Source: an uncultured Gemmatimonadales bacterium (lineage in GTDB: Bacteria > Gemmatimonadota > Gemmatimonadetes > Longimicrobiales > RSA9). From it: 64,000 nucleotides of DNA. Numbering within the stretch: the first letter of the stretch is position 1; each line of letters opens with the position of its first letter. Below the pieces are notes generated by a model. That model was not told the DNA's origin. It did not search any database and was given only the letters and a program-made list of their open reading frames with translations. Where the stretch lies: NCBI GenBank assembly GCA_963708135.1, contig OY970192.1, forward strand, positions 3,840,001 through 3,904,000, read 5' to 3'. Positions 1-9,751 of this stretch are shown here, one piece after another. A program made the position numbers and the translations under genes.

Positions 1-760
1 CGCTCTTCCGGTGCGTGCTCGCGAGCGGCGCGTCGGCGGTGAGCACCTGCGTCAGGATGGCCTGCGCGTTCGGGCCGGTGAACGGCGGCTCGCCCGCCAG
101 CATCTCGTAGGTGACCGCGCCCAGCGCGTAGATGTCCGCCCGCGCGCCAATGGTGCGCTCGCCCATCGCCTGCTCGGGGGCCATGTACTGCGGCGTGCCG
201 AGCGAGAGCCCCGTCTGGGTCATGCGCTGGCCGCCGGCGTGCTCGACGGCGAGCGCGATGCCGAAGTCGGCCACGAGCGCGTGGCCGTTCTGCAGAAGGA
301 TGTTCTCGGGCTTGATGTCGCGGTGCACCACGCCGCGCCCGTGCGCGTAGCCGAGCGCATCGGCGGCCTCGGTGGCGATGCGTACGGCGTCCGCGATCGG
401 CAGCTGCCGCTCGCGCTCGAGCCGCCCGCGCAGCGTCTCGCCCTCCACGAATGGCATCACATAGTAGAGCAGCCCGTCGGCGCTGCCGGAGTCGAAGAGC
501 GGCAGGATGTGCGGGTGCTGGAGGTTGGCCGTGAGCTCGATCTCCTTGAGGAAGCGCTCGGGCCCGAGCACCGCCGACAGCTCCGGGTGCAGCACCTTGA
601 TCGCCACCTTCCGGTGGTGCCGCAGGTCCTCGGCGAGGTACACGGTCGCCATCCCGCCGGCGCCCAGCTCGCGCTCGAGGCGGTAGCGCTCGGCGAGGGA
701 GGCGGCGAGCGAGGCATGGCGGTCAGCAGCGCTGCCGCCAGGGGCGTGATCGGGGCCCAC
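1..760 (-). CDS. Hanks-type Ser/Thr protein kinase, N-terminal part (runs off window edge)
   Basis: Manual translation: LAERYRLERELGAGGMATVY, VAIKVL, HRDIKPEN, DFGIA, GTPQYMAPEQ, DIYALG; probable GTG start at 760; absent from ORF track because incomplete. Confidence 0.9.
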   Translation of the reverse strand, partial: MGPDHAPGGSAADRHASLAASLAERYRLERELGAGGMATVYLAEDLRHHRKVAIKVLHPELSAVLGPERFLKEIELTANLQHPHILPLFDSGSADGLLYYVMPFVEGETLRGRLERERQLPIADAVRIATEAADALGYAHGRGVVHRDIKPENILLQNGHALVADFGIALAVEHAGGQRMTQTGLSLGTPQYMAPEQAMGERTIGARADIYALGAVTYEMLAGEPPFTGPNAQAILTQVLTADAPLASTHRKS

Positions 761-992
761 GCTGGGATTCCGGGTTGGGGGCATCTGGCGAGCGAAGCTC
801 CGCACGAATATGCATGCGCCCCGGCCCGCCGTCCAATCAATCCGAATCGGCATCCAGGCGCGCAGCGCCGGAATCTGAATCCGGCCGGGTCTTTCGCGGG
901 CCTCGGGGCTCGGGGCTCGAGGCTCGGGATGCGGGACCGGGGCTGCCCTACACGTCAGCCGGCGGCGCCTCGGCCTGGCCCGAACCTGCCGC

Positions 993-1215
993 TCAGCGTC
1001 CCGCGATCTCCCTCACCCTCTCGATCGTATCGGCCTCCGCGGCCGTCTTGTCGCGGCGGTAGCGCTTGATGCGGGCGAACCACAGGGCGAGGCCGACGGG
1101 GTAGCGGGGGCTGGTCTGGAGGCCCTCGAACGCGACCTCCACGACGAGCTCGGGGCGCACGTGCACCGTGTGCCCCTCGCGCCCGATCTCGCGCGCGAGC
1201 AGGTGAACGAGCTGC
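993..1215 (-). pseudogene. C-terminal OB-fold remnant of an ATP-dependent DNA ligase
   Basis: Minus strand reads [68 protein letters not shown], typical ligase C-terminus; no adenylation domain upstream. Confidence 0.75.
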
Positions 1216-1425
1216 TGAAGGAGATCGCGGGAGATCGCGCCGACTGACCAGGCTCCGCACCGGCGCGTCGTTCCTGGGAGCTGGCCGCGTCGGCCCCCGG
1301 GCTGCCACCGAAGCGCCGTCCGAGACTTCGGTGCGCACGACCCATGGTAGCGCTTCGCACGCCTCTCGTTCCCGGAGTGCGGCCCGGATGAGTTCGACGC
1401 GCTGGACTCGGTCGTCGTTGCGTGC

Positions 1426-1830
1426 TCAGGCGTCAGGGCCCATCGGCGGGAGGCCGGCGAGGTCCTTGCGGAACCCCCGCACGACCTTCGACAGGAGCTG
1501 AGCGTACGGGTCGTAGTGGTAGAACTGGACGTTCCCCACGCGTTCGATGAATCGGTGCCTCTCGGCGCTGCCTGGAAGCGCCGGGACGAAGTCCTCCGGC
1601 CGGGCGAACTCGATGTTCAGGCGGAGTCTCTCCTTGATCCCCTGGATATCCCGGAAGACCTCGTCGCGGTCGGCACAGAGATCGGCGTCAATGGTCGCAG
1701 AGCGCCAGCCGGCAAGAACCGCGGTGCCGCCGCCTACCACGTAGACGCGAAACGACCGCCGGCGCGGTGCCGTGCGGGCCAGCTCGGACATGAGCTCCCG
1801 CAGCGCCTCGGCGGTAAGCTCTCGCCTCAA
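1426..1830 (-). pseudogene. DUF6036-like nucleotidyltransferase (putative toxin), probably 3'-truncated
   Basis: YVVGGGTAVLAGWRSATIDAD NTase motif, [27 protein letters not shown], then abrupt non-homologous ending. Confidence 0.7.
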
Positions 1831-2273
1831 CGAGCGCTCCGTGCGACGCGAGCGAGGCGGCAGGCATCCGCGAACGAGACCAGCTGCCGCAGCCAGGCAT
1901 TGTAGCGAGCGTGCGCCAGATCTCCCTCGGTTTGCTGCAGAAGCCGGAAGAATCGGCGCTCCGGATCCTCGAGAGCCGGCCCGACGGGAACCCCTTCCCG
2001 GCGCAGGCGTGGTGCCGCAATGGACACCGCCAGACTCTCCCTGGTCACACGGTCGGCGGCCAGGTCGGCCAGGCCGACATCGACGACGTCGCCTCCCGGA
2101 AGGCCGAGTGCCTCGAAGCTCGGCGCCCCGAAGCGTTGCCGGATCCAGCGCGCCGTCGCGGCACGCCGGGCTACGGTCCGTCGAGCCGCAGGCACCATGG
2201 CTTCTGCGCGACGCCGGCCCCCTACGCGACCGAACCGTCGAAACTGTTCACGCACGTCCTCCGGAAGGTCCAT
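1827..2273 (-). CDS. Hypothetical protein, partner (putative antitoxin) of the DUF6036-like gene
   Basis: 4-nt overlap with downstream gene; N-terminal GRVGGRRRA...ARRAATARW basic motif and LPGGDVVDVGLADL...AHARYNAWLRQLVSF domain; start at 2273 or 2300. Confidence 0.7.
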   Translation of the reverse strand: MDLPEDVREQFRRFGRVGGRRRAEAMVPAARRTVARRAATARWIRQRFGAPSFEALGLPGGDVVDVGLADLAADRVTRESLAVSIAAPRLRREGVPVGPALEDPERRFFRLLQQTEGDLAHARYNAWLRQLVSFADACRLARVARSAR

Positions 2274-2445
2274 GTTTGAAGGTACTTGGGGGGTAAGCAT
2301 CTGTCGAGCCCGCGAGCGACATGTTGATGCTTCCCCTACGCCGCGAGGCCGTGGTCGCATCTCTCGCTCCTGGTGCGGACGCCCGCCGCGCCGGCGGGCG
2401 CCGCGTTCCACGAGGGCGCTCCCTGCGCCCGTGCCGTGCGGCGAT

Positions 2446-3032
2446 CTACTCGTGGCCGGTACAGAGGAGCGGCGCGCGTAGCACGAGGTCCCGCCCGAAG
2501 CCCGCCTGCGCGAAGCCGATGGGCGCGGCGAGCACCCCCTGGGCGATCAGGTCGCGCATCGCGGCGACGCTGCGGGGGGCATCATACGTCGCGAGGTCGA
2601 ACCGGGGCCCGGGCACCACGACCCACACGTCCCAGGTCCCGTCGTAGCCCGGCACGCCCGGCGCATGGCTCACGATGTGGTCGTGGTCGAGTTCCGGATG
2701 CGCGGGATCCCTGTGCATGGTGCCCGGGAGGATGGCGTACAGGTCGGGCCTCGGCGTGTCGAACGGCACGTCCAGGATGCCGTGGCCGACGTTCCAGATC
2801 GAGAAGAATTCCGACGTCTGCGATGGCGTGCCGGGAAAGCGCAGCTGGCAGATACGTCCGTCGTAGGCGGCGGGCTCAGTGAGGGTGCCGTTGCCGCCGG
2901 CCGACTGCTGCCGACGAAGTCGGCTGCGGGTGGCGAAGCCGCCCTGCCGGCCTCGAGCGGGAGCGGCTCCGTGCACGCCGCGACTCCGAGGACCAGGACG
3001 GGCGCGAGCAGGATCGGACCCAGGTTGCGCAT
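2446..3032 (-). pseudogene. Secreted lipoprotein, frameshifted near 2905
   Basis: GGAGG RBS, MRNLGPILLAPVLVLGVAAC lipobox in one frame; globular body (GTLTEPAAYDG...APGVPGYDGTWDVWVV...) in another frame. Confidence 0.6.
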
Positions 3033-3461
3033 GATGCCTCCGGGTGTGAGGGGTGGCGGTGGCGAGGCGGCATCTCCGGCGAGTTCCGGCGTGCCGCCTT
3101 TCCATCGGCAATGGCCGAAGGCCGCGGCCGGACGGCTCAGGGAGCGTTGCTGGACCTCCTCTTGCCCCAACTTTGCACCCTCGCGGGGCGGCGGACCGGC
3201 GGGAAGGGAGGAATCACGCCCTATACGGGAAACGCGGCGAGGCCCGGTTGCACGCGCGGCCTGGGGCGGTGGCGCGGGCGGCGCCGACACGATCCCGCCG
3301 GAGTTCGCGCGCGAGGCGGTCGGCTGGTTCGTGGGCGCGCCGGCGGAGCCGTAAGCCGGACGCCGCGGGCCCGGTGGCTCGGACCTGGGGCAGAGAGGCG
3401 GTGCCAGTTCGACAGCACCGGCCCGGGCTTGACGCCCTGCCATCGATGCGACTAGGACGCG

Positions 3462-3480
3462 CACTTCATAATCTGAAGTG
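3462..3480. promoter_or_regulatory. Palindromic operator upstream of HxlR gene
   Basis: CACTTCA-taatc-TGAAGTG inverted repeat 16 nt before the ATG; TTGACG at 3429. Confidence 0.55.
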
Positions 3481-3496
3481 ACATGAAGAGGCCTCC

Positions 3497-3890
3497 ATGC
3501 GTGTCTCCGAGATCGGCCAGATGAAATGCCCCGTGGCTCGGACGCTGCCCATCGTGGGAGATTCCTGGACCCTGCTCATCCTGCGCGAGCTGTTCCTGGG
3601 CTCTCGGCGGTTCAATGAGTTCCAGGGCTTTACGGGGATGTCACCCGCCCTCCTGTCGGACCGCCTGAAGCTCCTCAGAACGGAAGGCATCGTGGATCAG
3701 GAGAAATACCACGAGCGGCCACCGCGGCGGGAGTACAGACTCACTGAAAAGGGCCTCGAGTTCTATCCGGTGATCCTGGCAATGTCCCAGTGGGGACTCG
3801 ATGGCTGGCGGACGAAGCGGGGCCTTTTCTGCGCGTTGTGCACCGGCCTTGCGGCAGCCGAACCGCTCCTCAGCTCGTGTGCCCTTCGAC
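3497..3890 (+). pseudogene. HxlR-family winged-helix regulator, frameshifted and probably truncated
   Basis: CPVARTLPIVGDSWTLLILRELFLGSRRFNEF...YRLTEKG...MSQWG; one extra G in the G-run at 3792-3795 restores TRWL...VVHRPCG...PQLVC tail. Confidence 0.8.
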
Positions 3891-4139
3891 GACCACGATT
3901 TCATCCGCGCGGCCGCGTGCGTGGCCCGGCTCTGCTGCGTCGCCCGGACGGGTCAACCCGCGCCAGCGTCTTGAGCGCGCGCGGGCCGCCTGCGTCATGG
4001 GCAGAATTGCGCATCCACCCGTTCGCCGTAAGATGGGCGATTTCCCGGACGCGGAAATGCCGGGGCCGGCCTATCGTTCGAACAGGTTGGGCCTCGGACG
4101 AGGTGGGATCCGTTCCGCTTTCACGGGGAGCCATTGACC

Positions 4140-4817
4140 ATGCCATACACGAACACGGCCGTCCGCGTCGGAGGCGCCTGGTTCGCGGCCGCCTCCTTCC
4201 TGATGATCGCGGCGCTCGGGCTCCACGGCCCGATCGCGCCTGAGCTCGCCGATCAGATGACGAGGATCGCCGCACGGCCGGTGGCCTGGGCTGTCGCCCA
4301 CTGGATCGCGGCCGCCGCCCTGTCCCTGTACGCGGTAGCCGGCCTGATCGTCCTCACTTCCGGCTCGCGCCTAACGGACGACCCGCGGACCTTGACGGCC
4401 TGGGCGGTGGTGCCCGTCGGCGCGCTCTGGACGTTGGCCACCGCGGTCGCAGAAGCGACCGCTATCACCAATGCGGCCATTGCCGGGTCGACCGCGCAGT
4501 TCGAGGCGTGGTGGTCGTTGGGGGAAGGCAGGGCCAACGGCTTCGCCTTCTTGACGCTGGCCGTCATCGTGATCGCGAGCCATGACGCGCGAAGCCCGGA
4601 AGCGGCCACGCCGGCCTGGTCGGGCTGGATCGGGGCGATGGCCGGCGCCGCCTCCTTCGCCGGCTGGGCCGCCGGAATGTGGTTCGGGGTCGGACCGGGC
4701 AACCTCCTCTGGGTCGCGGCCTCGATCCTCATGAGCGGCTGGACCCTCTGGTTCGGCCTCGCCGTCATGCGACGGGCCTCCAGGGCGGTCACACGATCCA
4801 GCAACCCGGGGGTGTGA
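4140..4817 (+). CDS. Hypothetical multi-pass membrane protein
   Basis: About six hydrophobic segments, GGGGAG RBS, GC3-rich codon use. Confidence 0.75.
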   Translation: MPYTNTAVRVGGAWFAAASFLMIAALGLHGPIAPELADQMTRIAARPVAWAVAHWIAAAALSLYAVAGLIVLTSGSRLTDDPRTLTAWAVVPVGALWTLATAVAEATAITNAAIAGSTAQFEAWWSLGEGRANGFAFLTLAVIVIASHDARSPEAATPAWSGWIGAMAGAASFAGWAAGMWFGVGPGNLLWVAASILMSGWTLWFGLAVMRRASRAVTRSSNPGV

Positions 4818-5040
4818 CAGTCGGTGGACACCATCGTCTTGCAACGCCCCAGCCTCCGCATCGGACCACCTCCGGTGACGGACGCGCTGCTCCTATGATG
4901 CCTATCCCTAACAACTGCAATGGAACTGATCAATCACGCCGGCGTCACCACGCAGGCTGCGATCGAATTCTCGAGGCGTTCGGGCGGGGAGATCCACGTC
5001 CCGCTCCTGCAGGCGTACCTCACGATCGCCTACAGGCCTG

Positions 5041-5441
<401 letters not shown>

Positions 5442-5444
5442 GCC

Positions 5445-5812
5445 GGCCCATCCCACCCCGGACGGCCGCACCCACCTCGCCTCTTGCCCCTCGAGTTCCT
5501 CGACGCCCTCTCCCGCTTGATCCCGCCGCCCCGCGTGCACCGCCACCGCTACCACGGCGTTCTCGCCCCCACCGCCCGGCTCCGGCCGCCTGTCATCGTC
5601 TTCGGACGCGACGACGCCACCGAGACCGCCGAAGCCCCGGGCCTTGAAGCAGCGCCCTCCGGCAAGGGGTCCGCATACACTCTTACGGGCGCTGCCGCCC
5701 GCTCCCGTTGGGCCCAGCTCCTGGCCCGCATCTGTGAAACGCCCCCTCCGCTGCCCCGAGTGCGGGGCGGACATGCGCATCCTCGCCTTCCTCACCGAAC
5801 CCGGGCCCGATC
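5445..5812 (+). mobile_element. IS91/ISCR-family (Y2) transposase C-terminal remnant
   Basis: PDGRTHL / PLEFLDALSRLIPPPRVHRHRYHGVLAP.ARLR / WAQLLARI / PLRCPECGADMRILAFLTEP across shifted frames. Confidence 0.85.
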
Positions 5813-5822
5813 GCCCTCGACG

Positions 5823-5868
5823 TACCCTACCGAAAGCAGCCGAAAGGACGTTTGAATTTCAATCCTTC
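5823..5868 (+). mobile_element. oriIS-like end, copy 1
   Basis: taccctaccgaaagcagccgaaaggacgtttgaatttcaatccttc directly after the IS91 remnant; near-identical to 6342-6387. Confidence 0.6.
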
Positions 5869-5874
5869 GCTCGT

Positions 5875-6195
5875 CTAGGATCTCGAGTCGGCCGCCGTCG
5901 GCGTTGTCGGCTGCGGGCGGAGCGCAAAGACGACGGGCACCGTTTCAACGGATGGCTCCCCCCTCACCTTGTACGCGCTTGCAATGGTGCGGCCGAGGTC
6001 CGAATCCCGAAATTCGCGCACGTCCTCTTCCGATTCCCACACGTACACGGCTCCGTGCTCGCCCGTGGGGAAGGCCAGATAGTACTTCTGCAGCAGGCCG
6101 GGGACCTCGAGATAGCGATCGGAGCGAGAGCGATAGCGCTCGCGGACTTCAGCGTCGGTCATGTCGGAGCGGAAACGGACGATCTGCACGATCAT
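5875..6195 (-). CDS. YdhR-like putative monooxygenase (dimeric alpha/beta barrel)
   Basis: VPGLLQKYY...GEHGAVYVWESEE motif; GGAGG RBS; 106 aa. Confidence 0.8.
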   Translation of the reverse strand: MIVQIVRFRSDMTDAEVRERYRSRSDRYLEVPGLLQKYYLAFPTGEHGAVYVWESEEDVREFRDSDLGRTIASAYKVRGEPSVETVPVVFALRPQPTTPTAADSRS

Positions 6196-6341
6196 CGGGA
6201 CCCTCCACGGTCGGGGGAGTTGTGGCCGGGCTAGAGGAAACCTGGCCCGGATTGCATTCGAGGGGCCTCCGGCGACCCGTTTGGAAAAGACGATCGAAGC
6301 CCGGATTTGTTCCCGCGCATGCCGTGGCCGCTGTTCCTGTT

Positions 6342-6387
6342 TACCCTACCGAAAGCAGCCGAAAGACGTTGGAATTTCCTATCCTTC
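6342..6387 (+). mobile_element. oriIS-like end, copy 2
   Basis: taccctaccgaaagcagccgaaagacgttggaatttcctatccttc; the GxxxxGAATTTCCTAT core resembles IS91/ISCR oriIS as remembered. Confidence 0.65.
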
Positions 6388-6485
6388 ACAGCCTCCGGCA
6401 TACCTGCGACCTGGAGCCATCGAAAGCGCCCCCACGGCAGGCCGTTCTCGGCGGCCGTGGGGGCGCTCGTCTTGACCGCAACGAA

Positions 6486-6532
6486 GAAGGGGTTCCACAC
6501 CCAACCTTCCACAGGTAGGCCGGAACCCCTTC
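6486..6532 (-). terminator. Hairpin downstream of tRNA-Val (terminator or island boundary)
   Basis: GAAGGGGTTCC ... GGAACCCCTTC inverted repeat about 20 nt past the tRNA 3' end. Confidence 0.5.
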
Positions 6533-6549
6533 TCTTTACTGCATCTCTA

Positions 6550-6623
<74 letters not shown>

Positions 6624-6667
6624 GTCTCGCCAATCCGGCGCAGCGCGACGCACGGATGTAGCTGCCA

Positions 6668-6740
6668 TACCCCCACGGGGAATCGAACCCCGGTTTTCTG
6701 GCTGAGAACCAGATGTCCTGGGCCACTAGACGATGGGGGC
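6668..6740 (-). tRNA. tRNA-Glu (CTC)
   Basis: GCCCCCATCGTCTAGTGGCCCAGGAC, TCTGG-TTCTCAG-CCAGA anticodon arm, GGTTCGATTCC; CCA not encoded. Confidence 0.95.
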
Positions 6741-6875
6741 GTCTCGCCCATCCGGCACAGCCACGTGCCGGACCTTCTCGACCTCTTCCTGGCACGAGCG
6801 CGACGCACAGCGGTGCGGCACGTCCTTCCCGTTCCAGCGAGCCCCGCCCGCACCCCGCACCCCGCACAGCAAGCA

Positions 6876-6903
6876 AATATAACCCGAGGCTCCGGGCGGT
6901 CAA
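6876..6903 (-). promoter_or_regulatory. Sigma70-like promoter for the tRNA pair
   Basis: TTGACC-16 nt-TATATT on minus strand. Confidence 0.55.
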
Positions 6904-6955
6904 TCCCCGACGGGGCAACCGGTTGTGGCGTGCAGGGGCGGCGGAGGCGGCGCCC

Positions 6956-6984
6956 TTGACGCGCCTGTATACAGCAGCCATCTT
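6956..6984 (+). promoter_or_regulatory. Sigma70-like promoter for the M6 protease
   Basis: TTGACG-17 nt-CATCTT, with CTGTATACAG palindrome in the spacer. Confidence 0.45.
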
Positions 6985-7128
6985 GCGGGTGCTACTGCCC
7001 TCGGCGGCGGCGATCCCACAGACAACCGACGCATTCTCCGGCGCCCGCGCACGGTGCGCGGAACCGGCCCGCGAAGGAGCGAGCCAATCTTCAGGCATCC
7101 ACCCGTCCGGGTGGGGTGCCGGGGCCGC

Positions 7129-9687
7129 ATGTTCCTGGCCCTCTGCATCCTGTCCGTCCTGCAGAGCCTAACGGCAAGAGGAATCCTGGCGCAGCAGGTG
7201 CTGCCCGCGCCTCCGCCCGTGGCATCCCCGGTGGGGCCGCCGACGGAGATCGCGGGGCTGGCGGACATGGCGCCGTACGCGCCGATGGAGTTCAGCCGGG
7301 CGTGGCTTGGCAAGATGGCGCGGGTGCGGCGGCGACGGCAGGAGCTGCTGGCGGAGGGCAGGCTGGACGGTGCCTCCCCGGCGGAGCTCGCGCGGCTCGG
7401 CGCGGCGCTGGCGGGGCAGCTGCACGTGCTGGTGGTGCCGATCGTGTACGCGGACCGCCGGACGCCGTTCCCGATCTCCGAGCTCGCGGGCCGGCTGTTC
7501 GGTCCGGCGCACGGGGATACGGTGAGCTACGCGAGCTATTTCGAGGAGGTCTCGGGCGGGCTGCTGCACGTGGACGGCTCGGTGACGACGTGGGAGCGGA
7601 CGCTGCACGCGGCGGGCTACTACCTGGCGCCCGACGAGTATGGGTGGGGCCATTTCGGGCGCATGCGGGAGCTGCGCTCCGAGGTGCTGGGCGAGCTGGA
7701 CGCGAGCGGGTCGGTGGATTTTGGCGCGTTCGACAACGACGGGCCGGATGGGATCCCGAACTCGGGAGACGACGACGGCTTCGTGGACTTCGTGGTCTTC
7801 CTCTACGCGGCGCCGTGTCGTGGGGATGCCCGGGCCGGTGCGATCTGGCCGCACCGGGGGGCCATGCGGCCGTTCGTGACGCATTCGCCGGCGGCGAGGG
7901 GCGGCACGATCCGGATCGCGGACTACCTGATCCTCCCGGCGGTGGACCCGCGCACGTGCGGCCCGCTGGAGGTTGGGGTGCTGGCGCACGAGACGGGGCA
8001 CGCGCTGGGGCTGCCGGACCTGTACGACTACGACGGCTCCTCGCAGGGGATCGGGGCGTGGGGGCTGATGGGGACGGGGAGCCACAGCGTGGGCTACTCG
8101 CCGGCGCACCTGGGCGCCTGGTCGCTCGAGCAGCTGGGCTGGGCGCGCGAGGACTGGCTGAAGGCCGATTCCGCGCGGCTCTCGCTGCCGCCGGTGGAGA
8201 CGAGCCATCGGATCTGGCGCTATGATCTGGACGACGGCTCGGGCAAGTACATCCTCTTCGAGAACCGGGAGCGGCTGGGCTCGGATTCTTACGTGCCCGG
8301 CACGGGGCTGCTGGCATGGCACGTCGATCCGGAGCGGGGCGAGCTCGGCGCCTGGAACTCGGACGAACGAATGATGGCGGTCGGGGTGGTTGAGGCGGAC
8401 GGGCTGATGCAGCTCGAGCGGGGGCGGAACGCCAATGCCGGCGATCCGTTCCCGGGCGCGACGCACCGGCACCGGTTCGAGCTGCTCGACCCGCAGCCGT
8501 TCCGGCTGTCCTCGATCGAGCAGATCGGCGACACGATCATGACGGTCATGAGGCGCGGCTTCGCGGCCGCGCGGCTGGACCCCGCCTTCCCGGTGCTGCG
8601 GCTGCGCGCTGCGGCGGGGACGCGCTCGGTGGGCGGAGAGGTGACGGTCCGGCGGAGCGTCGGCGCGCCGGAGCGGCAGTGGACGGCGCACGGTCGGGCG
8701 CAGTGGCTGCACACCGCATCGACGGGCGACCTGCTGGTCGTACACGCCGATGCCGGAGAGCTGGCCGCCGGCGACTACGCCGACACGCTGGCGCTCGAGC
8801 TGCCCGGGGAGCCGCGCGTGGCGGGGCGCATGGTGGTAGCGCTCGATGTGGCGCCGGCCACCGCGCCGGAGATCGCGGCCACCGCGCTGCCGTGGAGCTG
8901 GGGCCTCGCGGCGGACTCCACACGGGTGCTGCAGGCGAGCTACGGCTGGGACCCGCTGGGCCTGCGGCCGAGCCCGCGGGTGCTCCAGCTGCGGGACGGG
9001 CAGCCGGTGCCGCACACGCTGGCGCGGCTGCCTGCGGACGCCGTCTATGCGCCGGTCCTCACACCGGACGGCACCACCTACGTGCTGGCCCGGGCGGGGG
9101 AGCACAACTACCTCTACGCCGTTGCGCCGAACGGGGATGCTGCGCTGGTCACCGACGCGCTCGGCAGCGCCCCCGCCTACGGTGCCGCCGCGCTCCCCGA
9201 TGGCTCGATCCTGGTAGCGGGGTGGGGCGGCGCGCTCCGCCGGGTGGACCCACGAACCGGCGCAGTGAGGCCGTGGCGGAGGCTTTCGGACCGGATCTAC
9301 CAGATCGCAACGGATGGCGCCGGCACCGTCTTCGCGGCCACCTGGATGGGCGAGGTGCTGCGAATCACCGCTCCGACCGGGCACATCGCCCGGATCGTGA
9401 CGCCGTTCGGACGCGGCGGCCTGGTGGCCGTGGCCGCCACGCCCGCGGGTGACCTGTTCGCGGCGGAGCGAGGCGGCGGTGGGCGGATCCTGCGGGTCGA
9501 CGCGGACGGGCGCCGGCGCGTCGTGCTCGCCGTACCGGGGGCCCGCTTCTACGGCCTGGCCGTGGCCGGCGGCGACCTGTACGCGCTGGACCTCGGCCAC
9601 CGCGAGCTCCTCCGCATCCCGCTCGACCGCCTGCCCGTCGTGCTGCCGCCGCCTTCAGCCGGTGCCCTCGTGGCCGACGGGCGCTGA
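7129..9687 (+). CDS. Secreted M6-family (immune inhibitor A-like) metalloprotease with BACON-like and beta-propeller C-terminal domains
   Basis: Signal-like N-terminus, DNDGPDG..NSGDDDG.VD, IWPH, HETGHALGLPDLYD, WGLMGTG, GDPFPG; start uncertain. Confidence 0.85.
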   Translation: MFLALCILSVLQSLTARGILAQQVLPAPPPVASPVGPPTEIAGLADMAPYAPMEFSRAWLGKMARVRRRRQELLAEGRLDGASPAELARLGAALAGQLHVLVVPIVYADRRTPFPISELAGRLFGPAHGDTVSYASYFEEVSGGLLHVDGSVTTWERTLHAAGYYLAPDEYGWGHFGRMRELRSEVLGELDASGSVDFGAFDNDGPDGIPNSGDDDGFVDFVVFLYAAPCRGDARAGAIWPHRGAMRPFVTHSPAARGGTIRIADYLILPAVDPRTCGPLEVGVLAHETGHALGLPDLYDYDGSSQGIGAWGLMGTGSHSVGYSPAHLGAWSLEQLGWAREDWLKADSARLSLPPVETSHRIWRYDLDDGSGKYILFENRERLGSDSYVPGTGLLAWHVDPERGELGAWNSDERMMAVGVVEADGLMQLERGRNANAGDPFPGATHRHRFELLDPQPFRLSSIEQIGDTIMTVMRRGFAAARLDPAFPVLRLRAAAGTRSVGGEVTVRRSVGAPERQWTAHGRAQWLHTASTGDLLVVHADAGELAAGDYADTLALELPGEPRVAGRMVVALDVAPATAPEIAATALPWSWGLAADSTRVLQASYGWDPLGLRPSPRVLQLRDGQPVPHTLARLPADAVYAPVLTPDGTTYVLARAGEHNYLYAVAPNGDAALVTDALGSAPAYGAAALPDGSILVAGWGGALRRVDPRTGAVRPWRRLSDRIYQIATDGAGTVFAATWMGEVLRITAPTGHIARIVTPFGRGGLVAVAATPAGDLFAAERGGGGRILRVDADGRRRVVLAVPGARFYGLAVAGGDLYALDLGHRELLRIPLDRLPVVLPPPSAGALVADGR

Positions 9688-9751
9688 CGGGGCGGCCCGG
9701 GCGAGCCACGCCTCGACGAGCTCCGCGCGAAGGCTAGGAAGAGCGGCTCCC

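Noticed and set aside
11..1069. 352-aa plus-strand ORF
   Set aside because: Antisense shadow of the minus-strand kinase.
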